Of a stretch of 64,000 nucleotides of DNA, positions 47,297-55,646 are shown piece after piece. The stretch is from Patescibacteria group bacterium (GTDB lineage Bacteria; Patescibacteriota; Microgenomatia; UBA12405): the NCBI GenBank assembly GCA_050943115.1, contig JBMNON010000005.1, forward strand, positions 369-64,368, in the 5' to 3' direction. The notes beneath the pieces were generated by a model, which saw only the letters and a program-made list of their open reading frames with translations, did no database searches and was not told the DNA's origin. The position numbers and the translations under genes are program-made. The stretch's first letter is position 1. Every line of letters starts with the position of its first letter.

Positions 47297-48001
47297 ATGC
47301 CAAGCGACCCTCTAAAAATTGCCATCAAAGGAACAACTCAGGAGCACCTACCAATCGAAGACGTGGTTGACGGGATAGCGATACTAAAAGACGGTTCGTG
47401 TTCAATGGTATTACAATTATCATCAGTAAATTTTGACCTTCTCTCAGAGAGAGAACAATCAGCTTTGGTATTTGCTTATGGAGGAATACTAAATTCTTTG
47501 AACTTTACAATACAAATAATTATCCACTCAAACCGAAAAGATATTAGTGCTTATCTTAAAAACTTGTCGAACGCCCTGGAAAAACAAGAAAACAGCCAGT
47601 TAAAAGAAAGAATCGTGTCTTATAGAAAATTTGTAGAAGAGACAGTGAAGAGAAACGATGTTTTGTCAAAGTCCTTCTATGTAGCGATACCTTTTTCGAT
47701 TATGGAGTTGGGAATTAAAAGTGCGAAAAGCCAGTTTTTGGGAGCATTGCCAATTCCGGGGAAAACAAGCGGTGAGCTACCCTTCTCCAAGGACTACATT
47801 CTAGAAAAGGCAAAGGCCAGCCTGGAACCAAAGAGAGACCATCTAATCAGATTATTTTCCCGGTTGGGATTGGATATAAGGCCTCTAGGGACAAAAGAGT
47901 TAATTGAACTATTTTATAAAATTTATAATGAAAGCACAGCTGCCAACCAGAAAATTCAAACTTTAAATTACAATGCACCAGTGGTGACAAGCAGTAAATA
48001 A
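47297..48001 (+). CDS. hypothetical T4SS-associated protein resembling VirB4 N-terminal domain
   Basis: 234 aa; motif order parallels N-terminal ~150 aa of the adjacent VirB4 (DVV..IAIL...L...F vs DII..SAIEI...R..F). Confidence 0.3.
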   Translation: MPSDPLKIAIKGTTQEHLPIEDVVDGIAILKDGSCSMVLQLSSVNFDLLSEREQSALVFAYGGILNSLNFTIQIIIHSNRKDISAYLKNLSNALEKQENSQLKERIVSYRKFVEETVKRNDVLSKSFYVAIPFSIMELGIKSAKSQFLGALPIPGKTSGELPFSKDYILEKAKASLEPKRDHLIRLFSRLGLDIRPLGTKELIELFYKIYNESTAANQKIQTLNYNAPVVTSSK

Positions 48002-48003
48002 AA

Positions 48004-50532
48004 ATGAAATTATTAAAGAAGTTGAAAAATATCGGAAAAAAAGAAGAGACTGGCAATACGGGAACCAGTGAGCAGGGTAATCCTGTTGAGGCTACCGAAA
48101 ATAAATCATTTGAGGAAGGATTGGTCTCAACCAAAGACATTATTGCACCATCGGCAATAGAGATAGATTTTAACCATGTAAGAATTGACAACAAATACTA
48201 CAGAACACTGTTTGTAGCCGGTTATCCCAGGTTTGTGGGGATTAATTGGCTATCACCATTGATTAACTTTGACGCATCATTGAATGTGTCGATGTACGTT
48301 TACCCGACAGATGGAAAAGAAATACTTGACGATCTTCGAAGGAAAATAACAGAAATGGAAGCAGAAATAAGTACGGACATCCAAAGGGGGAGGATTGTAA
48401 ATCCGGCCACACAGGCAAAGTTGGAAGATGCCCTGGCGCTTCAAGCCGACCTGGTGAAAGGAGAGGAAAGGTTTTTTCAATTCGGTTTATATATAACCAT
48501 ATCGGCAGAATCGGTGGAAGATTTAGACAGGATCAACAAGAACCTTGAGGCGGCTTTGGGGGCACTTCTAATCATAAGCAAAAAGGCAACCTTACAAATG
48601 GAAGAAGGGTTTATGACTACGCTGCCGATATGCTCTGACAGCCTTAACATAGCCAGAAACATGGATACGACTTCTTTGGCAACAACATTCCCGTTCGTAT
48701 CTTCTGACTTGTCAGATAATAAAGGAATAATGTACGGAATAAACCAGCATAACGGATCCCTGGTAATTTTTGACAGGTTTGGTATGCCCAACTATAACTC
48801 GGTAGTATTTGCAACTGCAGGTGCCGGAAAATCTTACATGATTAAGTTGGAAGCATTAAGATCGCTAATGTTTGACACAGACATCATCGTGATTGACCCT
48901 GAGAATGAGTATAGAAATCTGTGTGACGCAGCCGGAGGACAATATATTGCATTTGGGTATGGCGAAAATTCAAAAATTAACCCTTTTGACCTGTCGATGA
49001 CAGTAGAGGAAGAAGGAGAAAATGCTTTGAATTCAAAAATATTATCCTTGCATAAGCTGTTTAAAATCATGATCGGCGAGATGACACCAATGGAAGAGTC
49101 GATCCTAGACCGAGCCATCATGGATGCCTATAAAATGAAAGGGGTGACGCCAGATCCGGAAACGCAAAACCGAGAACCCCCTTTAATTGAAGACTTGTAC
49201 AAGTCATTAATCGGAGCTGAAAGCAAGGAAGCTCAGAGTCTGGCGGCAAGAATAGAAAAATACATCAGAGGATCGTTTGCGGGAATATTTAATCAAAAAA
49301 CAACTGTTGATTTAAAAAACAGATTTGTGGTTTTTGGGATTAAGAATTTGGAAGAAAGCTTAAGACCAATTGCGATGCATATCATATTGGACTATATTTG
49401 GACAACGGTAAAAAAGGAGTTAAAAAGAAGAATTATGATAGTAGACGAAGCTTGGTATTTGATGCAGTATCCCGATTCAGCCGCATTTTTAAGAGGAGTA
49501 GTTAAAAGAGGGCGAAAATACTACCTGGGGGTAACAACAATTACACAGGATGTAGACGATTTTTTGGAGACACCTTACGGGAAAGAAATTGTGACCAATA
49601 GCTCCATACAAATCCTATTAAAACAGCATAGTGCTGCAATTGACAAAATTGGTGAAGTTTTTTATTTATCTGAAGGTGAAAAACAACTACTTCTAACAGC
49701 TGATAAGGGAGAAGGAATATTCTTTGCCGGACAAAACCATGTAGCAATAAAAGTTATCGCTTCCGAGGATGAACACCAGCTAATTACATCAAATCCGGAA
49801 GATATTTTGAGAATGAAAAACGAAGGTAAGGTAAATAGTTTAGAGAACTCTAAAAAAGTGACCACGGTGGAAGCGATACCAATAAATCCGGAAAATATTG
49901 ACTTGGAACAAGAGGATGAAATAGAACATTCCCAAAATAGCCAACAACCAATCGATTCAGAAAAAATAGACGAGCCGGAAGTGAAAGTAATACCAGAAGA
50001 AGTAGGGAGAGAAGATACAGAAGAAAATATAACCAAAGATGATACTATTATTGAACCAAAGGAACAGAAGGGGGTGACGGAAAATAATAAATCTGTAACA
50101 ACAGAAGAAAACGTAAAAAGAGAAATCCAAAGTAATACTGGTGGAAGCAAGTCATTATATAGGGCGGAGGTGGTCGGAAGTGAAGACGAAAACGAGGAAT
50201 TACTCCAAAGAAGAATAGACGAAATGGAAAAAGCAGAAGAAGAGAAAATAAAAGATTTTAGGCAACAAGAGAGTGTTGATGTAGTTGAAGATAAGAATGA
50301 AACAAAAGAAATCCAAGAGACATTTGAGCCACCAAAAGTGATCAAGTTTGGGGAAGGGAGCGGTGGAGGGAGTAAGCCGATATTTATTAATAATACGGAA
50401 AAAAAGGTGCCTCAACCCAGCCAATTAAGCAGTAAACCAAAACCGGTATTTGAAGATGAAAAAAAGAAGGACAACATTAAAGAAGACGAACAAAGTGACT
50501 ACGATAAATTATTTGGCGACGGAATTGTCTAA
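48004..50532 (+). CDS. VirB4/TraC/CagE-family type IV secretion ATPase with ~240-aa acidic C-terminal tail
   Basis: Walker A 'FATAGAGKSYM', Walker B 'IMIVDEAWYLMQ', 'GVTTITQD'; 842 aa. Confidence 0.75.
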   Translation: MKLLKKLKNIGKKEETGNTGTSEQGNPVEATENKSFEEGLVSTKDIIAPSAIEIDFNHVRIDNKYYRTLFVAGYPRFVGINWLSPLINFDASLNVSMYVYPTDGKEILDDLRRKITEMEAEISTDIQRGRIVNPATQAKLEDALALQADLVKGEERFFQFGLYITISAESVEDLDRINKNLEAALGALLIISKKATLQMEEGFMTTLPICSDSLNIARNMDTTSLATTFPFVSSDLSDNKGIMYGINQHNGSLVIFDRFGMPNYNSVVFATAGAGKSYMIKLEALRSLMFDTDIIVIDPENEYRNLCDAAGGQYIAFGYGENSKINPFDLSMTVEEEGENALNSKILSLHKLFKIMIGEMTPMEESILDRAIMDAYKMKGVTPDPETQNREPPLIEDLYKSLIGAESKEAQSLAARIEKYIRGSFAGIFNQKTTVDLKNRFVVFGIKNLEESLRPIAMHIILDYIWTTVKKELKRRIMIVDEAWYLMQYPDSAAFLRGVVKRGRKYYLGVTTITQDVDDFLETPYGKEIVTNSSIQILLKQHSAAIDKIGEVFYLSEGEKQLLLTADKGEGIFFAGQNHVAIKVIASEDEHQLITSNPEDILRMKNEGKVNSLENSKKVTTVEAIPINPENIDLEQEDEIEHSQNSQQPIDSEKIDEPEVKVIPEEVGREDTEENITKDDTIIEPKEQKGVTENNKSVTTEENVKREIQSNTGGSKSLYRAEVVGSEDENEELLQRRIDEMEKAEEEKIKDFRQQESVDVVEDKNETKEIQETFEPPKVIKFGEGSGGGSKPIFINNTEKKVPQPSQLSSKPKPVFEDEKKKDNIKEDEQSDYDKLFGDGIV

Positions 50533-50564
50533 AACAAACGTAGGGTTGCTATAATTTGGTATAA

Positions 50565-53306
50565 ATGAGCGGGGATAATATCATCAGTCTAGGGAAAATA
50601 AGAAATTGTGATGAGCTGGCTAATGTTTTGGATGGTTTAAGTAAGCAAAATATCTCCATAAACCAAAACTTGTATTTGAGTAATGTTTTAGAAAGAGTAT
50701 TTAAAATTGGCGGATTTAGAGTGGACACCAGAAAGAGTTCAGCCATTGGTGATGTGGTTAAAGAAATCAGAAAACTAGATTCGGAAAAAAGAGAAAGAAT
50801 AAACCAAATAATTGTCGAGGAATTTGGAGAAATAGACGAAGAAACAGAAAAAACACTAGAGAATTCAGTGGTGCCAACGGCAACACTGAAAGAGTTGTTA
50901 AAGGAGTATGAAGAGTACTTAAGGATCGGAATGAGCGAAACTGAAGCCTTGGACAGATTAGCTTCAAAGAACAAAGGGGTTGTGGCCAGGGCTAAAATTG
51001 AAGACCTGATTAGAAAAGAAGCTGAGGTTTTCGAAAAAATTAAAGGTGAATTAAGAGAAAAAGCGGCGGCAACACTTGACGAAGCAATGGTAGAAAAAAT
51101 GGCAAAAGAAGCAGCAATGGAAGTGGTGGTAAGTGAGGAAGAATTAGTAGAAAACTTGGAAATTGTTAGAGTTGTAGAAAAAAGAGTGGTGGCTGAAAAG
51201 TTGGAGGAGAGTTTAAGGGAAGCAGGGGTGGTGAGAATCTTGGAAAACAGAATATCCAAAGAGGAATTTGCAGAAAAAATCGATGAAGCAATTTCTGATA
51301 TAAGAAACGAGACAGTAAAAGAATTAGTAAAGAATTTGGCTTATGATTCCAAGGATAGAATAGAAATAAAAATTGACGTAGAAAGAAAGTCTTGGGAAGT
51401 CGCGGATAAATTAATAATTGCTTTGAAGCAAGAAGATTTTTTTGGAGAATTGGCCCGAAGAAACGAGGCAGTACTGAGAACAGTGGTATCCGAGAAAGTG
51501 AGTGAGGAAATATTTCTGGGTTTTAGTAGAAATGGCGAGATCGAAGAAATGGTCGCAAAAGAATTAGGCAAGGGAGGCCTAGTAATAAACGAGGAACAAA
51601 AATCCAGAATTGGGCAGGAAATTAAAAGTGTTAGAGTAGAGTTGGAAAAGTTTTCGGCGGGCAAAAAAGCAGAAATAAATAAATTTCAAGGAGATTGGCT
51701 GGAAAAAAATATTGAAGATTCAGTAATAAGAAGCAATGGGAAATTAAGTAATGAAGAAAGGTCTCATTTAAAGGAATATTCAAGATTGGTGAGAAAAATT
51801 TATCATTCAGATGAGAGCCTGAGGATAGAGGGATACAAAGAAGATACGGTTACGTTTGCAGAAAGAGAGGGTGTTGGCAGTGGAAAGGCTGATAATGCAT
51901 GGAGCGAGTTGAAGGGTTTGACGATGATGTTAAAAATGAAGAGCGGAGAACTAAACGCTTTCCTATCTCAATACCAAACAGTAAAAGCCAAACTTAGCAG
52001 GGTGAATCTACCTGTTAACATAAGTGAGTGCAGAGCACTTGAGAATATAACACGAGCAATAAACACAATACCGGGAGGTAAAAATTTACTAAGATACGCA
52101 AAAAATTATATTAATCTTCAAGCGGGATTAAGTAACACTGGAAGCTTGGTGGCATCAAAATTAGGATTAAACAAGGCTGGTGCAATGGTATTGGAAAAGA
52201 TCGGCGGGCAAGCAATGACAGATTTTTTAAGACATTCACTGGTAGTTTTAAGTAAAAACGGTACGGTGGGTGGAATAAAATTAATCTTAAAAGGGATTGT
52301 GAGCGGAGGAGTTAAAGCTGGCAGTGCAGCCGGAGGAGGAGCGCTTGCGGGAGCGGTGGCAGCCTTCCAGGCCATTCCAGTAGCCGGACAAATTGCACTT
52401 GTGGTAGTGGGAGTGATCGTGGCAGCAAAGAAAATTTTGGGGCCAATTGTTGGAAGATTTAAGAAAATTCTAAAGTCACTTAATATTGATCTGGGTGTCA
52501 GTAAATTTTTAAAGGAAAATTTTGGCGGTTTCCTTGGGGGAATAATGGATGTAGGAATTAAAATCGGCATAGCAATAGTGGGAATACCGGCACTATTAGC
52601 CGGGGCAGCAATCGGTGCTCTGATAGCACCTGTTTTAATACTATTTTTTGTAGTGTTTATGTTGTACCAAATAATTTTTGTACCAAATCTGATTTCCAGT
52701 GTTGTTCCGTCGAGAAACGATGCTGTTGATTCGAGTACCGGAGGTAATAGCAACTACACACCGGCTGACCCTATTTATGTAGCGGACTGTGCAGACTCAC
52801 CGGCTTGTGCTGTTATTTCATTTTTGAGAGCTAGTGGTGTAGCTGCTGTAAATGCAAACAATGTGCAGGCAGTAGCTGAACTAATAAGAAAATGGTCAAG
52901 TCCCCCTTCGAGTTTTGACATGGAAACTTTTATAGAAAAAATGATCAGATCAGCAAAAAGTTACAGCTACTTCCAATGTTATGGATTTGCCCTGGCTATT
53001 GACGAAAATTTAACTTCAAATGCTCATGTCAGTCAATTACTTAACAATCATGCTGGTTGTGATGTAATAAAAGATTCAGATGCAGGGGCCGGAGACCATG
53101 TGACTGATAGTCGCCACATTAGAGTTTTGTCTGTACTTAGGCCTGACAGAAGTTTTGTCATATCCGAAGCTAACGTAGGTGTACCTGAAGCAGGAGTGCC
53201 TGGTGGACAGGGTGGAATAAGAAATGTACCCGGAAGTAGTTTTGATGAATACATGGCCAATTTAAGAAGACAGAGACCAGAAGTTATAATTTTGAGATGC
53301 AGATGA
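50565..53306 (+). CDS. large coiled-coil/membrane protein, possible cell-wall hydrolase of the T4SS-like module
   Basis: 913 aa: long E/K-rich helical N-terminus, Gly-rich TM block (res ~560-700), C-terminal 'YFQCYGFALAI...GDHVTDSRH' Cys/His arrangement reminiscent of CHAP/NlpC-P60. Confidence 0.35.
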   Translation: MSGDNIISLGKIRNCDELANVLDGLSKQNISINQNLYLSNVLERVFKIGGFRVDTRKSSAIGDVVKEIRKLDSEKRERINQIIVEEFGEIDEETEKTLENSVVPTATLKELLKEYEEYLRIGMSETEALDRLASKNKGVVARAKIEDLIRKEAEVFEKIKGELREKAAATLDEAMVEKMAKEAAMEVVVSEEELVENLEIVRVVEKRVVAEKLEESLREAGVVRILENRISKEEFAEKIDEAISDIRNETVKELVKNLAYDSKDRIEIKIDVERKSWEVADKLIIALKQEDFFGELARRNEAVLRTVVSEKVSEEIFLGFSRNGEIEEMVAKELGKGGLVINEEQKSRIGQEIKSVRVELEKFSAGKKAEINKFQGDWLEKNIEDSVIRSNGKLSNEERSHLKEYSRLVRKIYHSDESLRIEGYKEDTVTFAEREGVGSGKADNAWSELKGLTMMLKMKSGELNAFLSQYQTVKAKLSRVNLPVNISECRALENITRAINTIPGGKNLLRYAKNYINLQAGLSNTGSLVASKLGLNKAGAMVLEKIGGQAMTDFLRHSLVVLSKNGTVGGIKLILKGIVSGGVKAGSAAGGGALAGAVAAFQAIPVAGQIALVVVGVIVAAKKILGPIVGRFKKILKSLNIDLGVSKFLKENFGGFLGGIMDVGIKIGIAIVGIPALLAGAAIGALIAPVLILFFVVFMLYQIIFVPNLISSVVPSRNDAVDSSTGGNSNYTPADPIYVADCADSPACAVISFLRASGVAAVNANNVQAVAELIRKWSSPPSSFDMETFIEKMIRSAKSYSYFQCYGFALAIDENLTSNAHVSQLLNNHAGCDVIKDSDAGAGDHVTDSRHIRVLSVLRPDRSFVISEANVGVPEAGVPGGQGGIRNVPGSSFDEYMANLRRQRPEVIILRCR

Positions 53307-53722
53307 AAGGTTGGGGGCTAAAAAAAATTAAAAATTATAGCATTGTTCTAGCAATAGGATTGACGGTTCTTTTAATAATTGGATTTGGGAAAAGGGATGC
53401 GAATAACCAATTGGAGAACGGTGAAAACAGTAGTTCTAAAAATTGGAATTCAGAAAACAGTCAAGGCTATGGTAAATCAGATGTAAGCCCAGAAAGTGAC
53501 AAACAAGCAGAAGAAGAGTATGTGCAAGCATTAAAGGATTTTCCGCTCTGGGAAAAGCTACCTTTTGAAAACAGAGGTTACAAGATAAGTCATTACTCTA
53601 AACCCATGACGATAGTGGTTTATTTGAGAGGTATAGACAAGGAAATCGTGGAAAAGGAAGTGAGGCAGTGGATAAAGGACCAGGGTGGGGATGAAATCAG
53701 GCATCAAATTGAGTGGAGGTAG
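53297..53722 (+). CDS. small signal-anchored secreted protein (paralog A)
   Basis: TM/signal anchor; C-terminal ~65 aa paralogous to 53765-54187 product (PLWEKLPFENRGYKISHYSKPMTIVVYLRGIDKEIVEKEV...). Confidence 0.35.
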   Translation: MQMKGWGLKKIKNYSIVLAIGLTVLLIIGFGKRDANNQLENGENSSSKNWNSENSQGYGKSDVSPESDKQAEEEYVQALKDFPLWEKLPFENRGYKISHYSKPMTIVVYLRGIDKEIVEKEVRQWIKDQGGDEIRHQIEWR

Positions 53723-53764
53723 GTTATGGCTTTAATATTTGCAATAAAGTTCTACAATTAAAAA

Positions 53765-54187
53765 ATGCAACAGAGTTTTTGGAAAAAGTATTTTTTGGTG
53801 ATTTTATTGAGTTTTTTAGCTAGCGGTATGATTCTGGTTAAGTTTTTATACAAAGAAAACGAAGAGCCTTTGAGAATTAAAACGGATGAGCCGATTGCAG
53901 CAATGCCTACAGTTGTGCAAATAATCGATCTGGTAGGAGAGGACTCTGACAAGGAAGCCACAAGTGAGGCAGATCAGGAAGAACAAAATTACGATCCGGA
54001 TTATCCACTGTGGGAAGTACTCCCCTACCACGGAAAAGGGTTCGTGGTAGACAGATATATAAAACCACTTACATTGGCCGTAAAAATTAAAGGCTTGGAC
54101 AGGTCCATTGTGGAAGAGGGTGTGGACGAGTGGTTAGAAGAAAACGGAATCGATCCTTTTTCCCATATTATCGTGTGGGAAGATTAA
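53765..54187 (+). CDS. small signal-anchored secreted protein (paralog B)
   Basis: 'PLWEVLPYHGKGFVVDRYIKPLTLAVKIKGLDRSIVEEGV' aligns with paralog A. Confidence 0.35.
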   Translation: MQQSFWKKYFLVILLSFLASGMILVKFLYKENEEPLRIKTDEPIAAMPTVVQIIDLVGEDSDKEATSEADQEEQNYDPDYPLWEVLPYHGKGFVVDRYIKPLTLAVKIKGLDRSIVEEGVDEWLEENGIDPFSHIIVWED

Positions 54188-55302
54188 TCCTGAAGACGAA
54201 CAGGCATAATTATGTGGGTAAACTGAGGATCGGACTGGTCGCGAAAAAGAGCCGGAGTAAGAGGTTCGTTTAATTCCAATGTCAACTCTTCACCTTTGCA
54301 GACAGACAAAAAATCAGAGATAAATTTGTAATTAAAAGCTATATCCAAAGAACCTCCTTCAACTTTGGCTTCAACCGTGGCCTTATTTTGACCGATCTGG
54401 GGAGCATTGGCGGAAATCTCAATATGAGAATCTTTGATATTCAAACGGATAACATTGGCAGATTCCCGGGCGAAAACAGAAGCAATTTTTACAGCCTGAG
54501 ATAATTCTTCTTTATTAATTAGAAGCCTGGTAGAAAATGCAGAGGGAATAATACGTCGGTATTCAGGATAATCACCTTCAATGAGCCGGGAAACCAACTC
54601 TAAACCGTCTAAAACAAACACCAATTGATGTTCGTCGTTAGAGAGGCCTAAAGTAAGCTTTTTATCATTTTTAGCAAGTTTAACGACCTCAGAAAGGCTT
54701 TTTCCAGGAATCAAAAGAGTCATCTGATCTGTTGGCAAAGAAATAGGATTGACCAGTTTTATTTCCTTTAGAGAAAGACGAAAACCATCAGTGGCAACCA
54801 AAGTCAAACTATTTGAAGTAAAACTACACAAAACGGCAGTGAGGATGGGACGAGTGTCATCTGTGGCAGCTGAAAAAGCTATTTGATTAACAGAATCGCG
54901 AAGGAGCGACATGTCCAAATCAATAGCCTGATCCGGGTTAATAGGTGGAAGGTTGGGGAAATCGTCAGGAGGGGTGGTAGTAAAAGTAGATTGAGCTTTG
55001 GATGAAGTAATAGTAAATAAGTTTTTTGAGTCAAGTTCCAAATCGAGACGGCCGGCAGACAAATAAGAAACAAACTCGGTAATTTCTTTGGCGGGAATAG
55101 TCATACTACCTTCTTGCTCGATTTTGGCACCAATCCAACAACTGATCCCAAGTTCCAAATTGGTAGCAGTCAATTTTAACTGGCCATTATCGGTAGCAAG
55201 AAGGATATTACTTAGAATGGGAAGTTGGGCACGAGCAGAAACAAAGCGAGAAGTGTTTTCCAGAGCAGTGGAAAAATTTTCCTGCAAAAGGGAGAGCTTC
55301 AT
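54184..55302 (-). CDS. dnaN: DNA polymerase III beta subunit (sliding clamp)
   Basis: 'MKLSLLQENFSTALENTSRFVSARAQLPILSNILLATDNGQLKLTATNLELGIS' canonical beta-clamp N-terminus; three-domain length. Confidence 0.85.
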   Translation of the reverse strand: MKLSLLQENFSTALENTSRFVSARAQLPILSNILLATDNGQLKLTATNLELGISCWIGAKIEQEGSMTIPAKEITEFVSYLSAGRLDLELDSKNLFTITSSKAQSTFTTTPPDDFPNLPPINPDQAIDLDMSLLRDSVNQIAFSAATDDTRPILTAVLCSFTSNSLTLVATDGFRLSLKEIKLVNPISLPTDQMTLLIPGKSLSEVVKLAKNDKKLTLGLSNDEHQLVFVLDGLELVSRLIEGDYPEYRRIIPSAFSTRLLINKEELSQAVKIASVFARESANVIRLNIKDSHIEISANAPQIGQNKATVEAKVEGGSLDIAFNYKFISDFLSVCKGEELTLELNEPLTPALFRDQSDPQFTHIIMPVRLQD

Positions 55303-55646
55303 TGGCTTATATTAACAAATAGAAGGTAGCTAGTAAAATCAGATACGTTTAGATTGCGGTGAATGTGAAGAAAAAATAGTATTAATAAAAATTAATGTAT
55401 TTAGTAGTAGTAATATTAGGCGGGGTGAATAAGTGGATAGAAATAAATAGTAGTGGAAATTGACGATTGTTTTTATTGTTATTGGTTGTGAAAATATTTG
55501 GCGCAATATCAATTTACCGGTAAAAATGCATTATTTATCTTATAAGCTTGCTTGTTGTTTGGGTAAGTTTCGGGGGAAAAAATAAAAGAAATATGTGGAT
55601 AAGTTGGTGGATAAGTTGAAGGGAAATGTGGATAAAAAAAATGAGA
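55303..55646. promoter_or_regulatory. candidate oriC (dnaA-dnaN intergenic region) with DnaA-box cluster and AT-rich stretches
   Basis: TGTGGATAA (complement of TTATCCACA) at 55594-55602 and 55627-55635; 1-mismatch box GGTGGATAA at 55606-55614; weaker boxes at 55433-55439 and 55667-55675; AT-rich 55381-55420 and 55575-55593. Confidence 0.6.

Noticed and set aside
50549-51259. 236-aa minus-strand ORF (Ser/Thr/Leu-rich), plus 52118-52753 (211 aa) and 49662-50345 (227 aa)
   Set aside because: All are antisense shadows of the E/K-rich coding regions of the VirB4 tail and the 913-aa protein (GAA/AAG-rich sense strand gives long TTC/CTT open frames opposite).
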